From: Blastocladiella emersonii ATCC 22665
Lineage: Eukaryota > Fungi > Blastocladiomycota
NCBI GenBank assembly: GCA_025594325.1
Contig: JANHCV010000006.1
Location: forward strand, 992,001-1,056,000
Direction of reading: 5' to 3'
DNA: 64,000 bases
Position numbers and translations under genes: made by a program. Under the pieces are notes generated by a model, which saw nothing but the letters and a program-made list of their open reading frames with translations, ran no database searches and had not been told where the DNA came from. Position 1 is the first letter of the stretch. Each line of letters begins with the position of its first letter. Shown piece after piece: positions 60,206 to 64,000 of the stretch.

Positions 60206-61250
60206 TTAATCGATGTGCGTCGACTCGCGCGGCTTGTCGCGGTCGGAGTCCGCGACCAGCCTCATGGCGTCCCCGCTCGCGGGCCTGCCCACCTGCCCGA
60301 CCACGCCCGGCATGGGTGCCGCTGCCACTGCCGTACTCGTGCGCACCGGGTCCGAGTCGTTTATGAACCTGCGGATCGCGGCGCCGGCCATGGGTGAGAT
60401 GCCGTCGCGGTAGTCGCGGCTCCAGGAAACCGCCCTCCAGCACTGGCACGGCGCCCAGGAGTTCCGCGCGACCACGACAACGACTGCCGCGATGGCATCT
60501 TACTCGCCGCTGTCCTCGAGTCCGGGTCCGCGCCGACCATACCCGCCCTCACGGCATCGGGTCTGCCGCGCGAGCAAGCGCCTGGCGTCGTCGAGGCCAT
60601 GCACTGCAACCTGTCGCTGTCGTGGCACTTGGCGCACCTGGGCGGCGACGGCACCGTGTTCGGGATCGAGCTCTCGAGTCGCCGCGCGTGGCCGATGCGG
60701 CGGACACGGCGCCGCCCATCGTGCACACGGTCCAGTGCATCGGGCTCTCGTTCATGTTCGGGCTCGGGTGCCAGCCGACAAACGGCATCTCGGGCGTCCA
60801 CTTCAACGATGACACGGCCATGGTCACGGCGCGCGACACCCGACCACGTCGAGTACCTCGACGTGGAGTAGGTGACGTGTAGGGCCGCGACGGCTGCGGC
60901 GTCGTCCTCATCAACAACAGCCGTGCTCGCCACACAGTACAGCTCACCGACCTCGCCCATGTCCGCCTCCAGCACCTTGAGCAGATCTTTGTCGGGTCTC
61001 TCTTCCTCGCGCGAGCTCACCACCGACCGGATTCATGCACCGAATCAACATTGCCCGCGAGACGGTCGAGGAGCTGCGCCCACGGCGTGCGCGTACCGCG
61101 CGGCGACCATACGCCGGACCGTCGTCGTCATCCGCGGCCGCTTCCACGACGCATCGTCCTTGTCGTCATCCGCGGCCGCTTCCCCGACGCCCTCGTCGTC
61201 ATCGCGCTCGGGCACCCTCGTCCAGTCCCCGTAGTCCCCGCTGTTCGCGT
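60206..61250 (+). pseudogene. Decayed Polo-like-kinase C-terminal (polo-box) fragment
   Basis: QCIGLSFMFGLGCQPTNGISGVHFNDDTAMVTARDT, then a frameshift at ~60840 to PDHVEYLDVE-stop. Aligns without gaps to the polo-box 1 pattern KWVDYSNKYGLGYQLxxGxxGVxFNDxTxMV...EY. In-frame stops nearby; no intact kinase ORF upstream. Boundaries are approximate. Confidence 0.5.
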
Positions 61251-63891
61251 ACCGCGGCGGCGCGAGAAGTGGCAACAACAGCAGCAGCGCGGCGGCGGCG
61301 GCGGGGCGGGCGTGGCCGCTCGCTGCATTCGCGCCAGCCGCCACGGCGCAGCGCGGTCCCGGACACGCCGGCGGCAAGCGGTGCAAGGTGGAGGACGGAT
61401 TGGCAGTGCCATTGAATACACGCAGCATAGTTTATGAGTGGGCGAGGGTGGTCGAGCGAGCATAGGGATGCCGGTGTGGTGTGGTGGCAGCAGCAAACGG
61501 GTCGCGTCACTCGACGCGTCGGTCATTTTCGCTGCCGCTCTCCCTTCTCCCTTCATCGCTCCCCCTTTCTCCAGCACCGGCCGCCACACACCCACAAATC
61601 GCAATGTATCTTCATGCAACCCACCGCAGGCACCATGGCCATGCTTGCCGAGCCCTTGCGGGCCTTGTCGCGTGTCGAGCCGCTCGAGTCCATCACGATC
61701 GCGATCAGTGCGCGCCTCGCACAAGCACCCCGCTCGTCGGCGACGAGTGCGGACGGTTTTCGAGCGCAATGATGGGCCGCGCGTGCGGCATTGAGCTTCT
61801 CTTCGAGATCCCCGTCACACGGCGCGCATCACGGGCCTCGATGGAGCCATCCTGCCGCGGCGACTCGCGCGGGTGCGTCGGCGCCGTCAACGAGCACTGC
61901 TCCATCTTCTCTGTGTCAGTACGGCACTGGTACTCCATCAGCCTGTCCGGTATGTACACTCTGGCGCATCACTCAAGTGTGCCCTCGCGCGGCCTCCGCG
62001 TCAGAAGCGTTCGAGGTCCGCCGTGGGCCGCCGTTCGGGCACATCCTCACCGCCTCATCTCGCCCGCCACCCGGATCACCGATATCTATACCGCTTAGTT
62101 GCAGGGAGTCGCCAGTACTCACGCCGACGCGCGGCCGTGCGGGTGCGATCGCCGTCGCGGTCAGCCCGCCACCGGCGGGTGCCCGGGGACGTGTTAGCCG
62201 CCGCCGTTGCGCCTGCTGCGACAGCCGCACTCACCATGGATCGCACGAATGTGGCCCATCTCGACGAGCTGCAGTGGAGTCGGGTTGCCAGCCAGCAGGG
62301 AACCCCTGCTGGCCAGCGGCCCAACGCGCGGGAACGGGCGCGCGGCGTCGATCGTGGCGGCGCCACGCGGTCCCACGCGCACGCGGCCATGAGCAACGCG
62401 TCGACGCGTTGCTGTGCTCGGAACCATCGACACGCACTCGCTCGCTCCTCAGCCACTAATCCGCTGTCCCGCCGCCATGTAGCCCGAATCGACTTGATGG
62501 AATCACCACGGATCGACAGCGGTAGCGTGTTTCCCGATCCTCCCCTGCCTCGTCACCGTCCCCGACCTCGTACTCCGCTCTACCCACAATCTCGCCCAGC
62601 CTCCTTCACTGCTCCCTCCACTCTGCACGTCCTCCCGAGTCCCTCCCAACCCCACTCGCGACCGCGCACCCACTGGATCCTGTACCTCCGCCTCGTCGCC
62701 GCGACCCACGCTCACACCGTGCTCCGCGCGAGCTCTACTGCTCTTGTAACGCGTCCGATTCCATTCTACGGTTCTCCTCCCTCGAGTCTCCCCCGCGGCC
62801 TCCCCGATGCTCCACCTATACATTCGCTCGCAACCGTGCGCTTCCTTCCGCCGCCTCGACCCCGTCGAACGTCACTCAAACGTCAGGAGCGCTTTCGATC
62901 TGCTTGCTCAGCACTCGGAGCAACACCGCGTGAGCAACACGCTGATCCGCTCGTATGTTCCAATCGTGAGCGCGTCCGGGTTCGGAGCGGACTGATGCCC
63001 GCTCGACGACCCAGCAGGTCGGTCACCTCAGATCGCCACGGCCTACTGAAGGGGACTCAGCCGGGCTTTCGACCACTCCACTGACGACGCCGTTGCCAGC
63101 CGTGTCTGACAGTACACGTTGCAGCTTGTTCAACGCCGTCTAGGCCATCACGTCGTGATATATTCCGTGATCCGTCGCCGCGATCAGTTCGGTCCTTGGC
63201 GACGGGTCATGTGTCTTGTGCGAGACACGCGACGAACACTGACCCTTCGCGCTCCGTTCGCTTCAAACCATGGGCGTTTGCCAACCCGTCAGTCAGTTCG
63301 CCGCCTCCCACGCTAACCTGATGCCAGCCCATGCCCATGCAACGGTCTCGCACGCCGCGGGGCTGGGCCCTCATGTGCCCGCCCGCCCTCCCCCTCCCCC
63401 ACCATCGCTCACTCGACCCTTCTCTTTCGGATCAAACTCGTAACAGTATCATATCCGACGGACCTCCGCAACGACGACCGGCTTCACGATCGTCTTCCGC
63501 ACCCGTAAGCAGACCTCGGCATCCGCACCACCGCTCACCAGCTGTGCTCCCCGTATCGACGACTCGGCCTTCCCCGCACCCCCTCGAGAGCCACCCGCAC
63601 ACGCATCCTGTGCCGTCGCCCTCGTCCCTGCTGCTAGCTGCCGACCACTTCGATCCAGCACGGCTCGACCTGATCGGATCCGCGCCTGGACCCCATCGTC
63701 ACTGCCGACCCTGCCTCCCTCTGCTTCGCCACCACCACCAAGTTTGACCGGCCTTGTTCGCGGCCAGTCTACTACCTCCGTACGCTCTCCTGCCGTGTCG
63801 CCGTGACGCGCGGCCATGCTCACCGAGTTCCTCGCGTAGACTTTGACTCGACCCACGCGCACCGCCAACCATCGCGTCCCGCATCGCCACC

Positions 63892-64000
63892 ATGACCATC
63901 CACGAGATCCCCGTCGCTGACCGCGTCACCAGCAAGATCTCGCTGTTCGAGTCGCTTTCGGCTGCTGCCGGCTCCTCGGCCAGCCTCACCTCGTCGTCGT
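63892..64000 (+). CDS. 5' end of a gene truncated by the window end (MTIHEIPVADRVTSKISLFESLSAAAGSSASLTSSS...)
   Basis: gccaccATG context, typical codon usage, open to the window end. N-terminal motif resembles that of the 1717-3195 gene. Confidence 0.55.
   Translation, partial: MTIHEIPVADRVTSKISLFESLSAAAGSSASLTSSS

Noticed and set aside
62291-62313. Perfect 10-bp hairpin gccagcaggg-aac-ccctgctggc as a Helitron end or terminator
   Set aside because: No CTRR terminus or U-tract follows on either strand, and isolated GC hairpins are expected at this GC content.
1-64000. tRNA or rRNA genes
   Set aside because: No cloverleaf with A/B-box pattern and no rRNA-like conserved sequence recognised by eye. 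A tRNAscan-SE or Rfam run would be needed to exclude small RNAs.

Overview
This is a very GC-rich, gene-dense eukaryotic window. Introns are mostly 58-85 nt, with GTACGY-type donors and CTRAC branch points. It carries a fungus-specific WOPR (Gti1/Pac2) transcription factor together with genes resembling ciliary families (a FAM149/DUF3719-like gene and a ~4,850-aa ASH/Ig-repeat protein), so I infer a zoosporic, early-diverging fungus, possibly Blastocladiomycota. About 18 intact or window-truncated genes could be built by hand. Clearly recognisable: muskelin, a kynurenine-formamidase-like hydrolase, WOPR TF, PheRS alpha, an LDAH-like hydrolase, SURF4/Erv29, a SANTA-domain (KNL2-like) protein, a STE20/MST-like kinase, REX4 and acetoacetyl-CoA synthetase. 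The most interesting observation is a tandem pair of spliced paralogues (20860-23306 and 24732-27537). Each has a long Pro/His/Tyr-rich disordered region followed by an extended integrase-type H2C2 zinc module resembling NOL4/Ginger-integrase N-termini, with no catalytic DDE core. The pair sits head-to-head with the WOPR factor and is a candidate family of domesticated, transposon-derived regulators. Also notable: a 12-aa (DSGYYGDDSKGY)n repeat protein, the giant ASH-repeat protein, a CRIB-like plus putative tail-anchored MST-type kinase, and a decayed Polo-box relic. All family assignments come from motif recognition by eye; no searches were run. Most long ORFs in the supplied track are GC-driven shadow frames.
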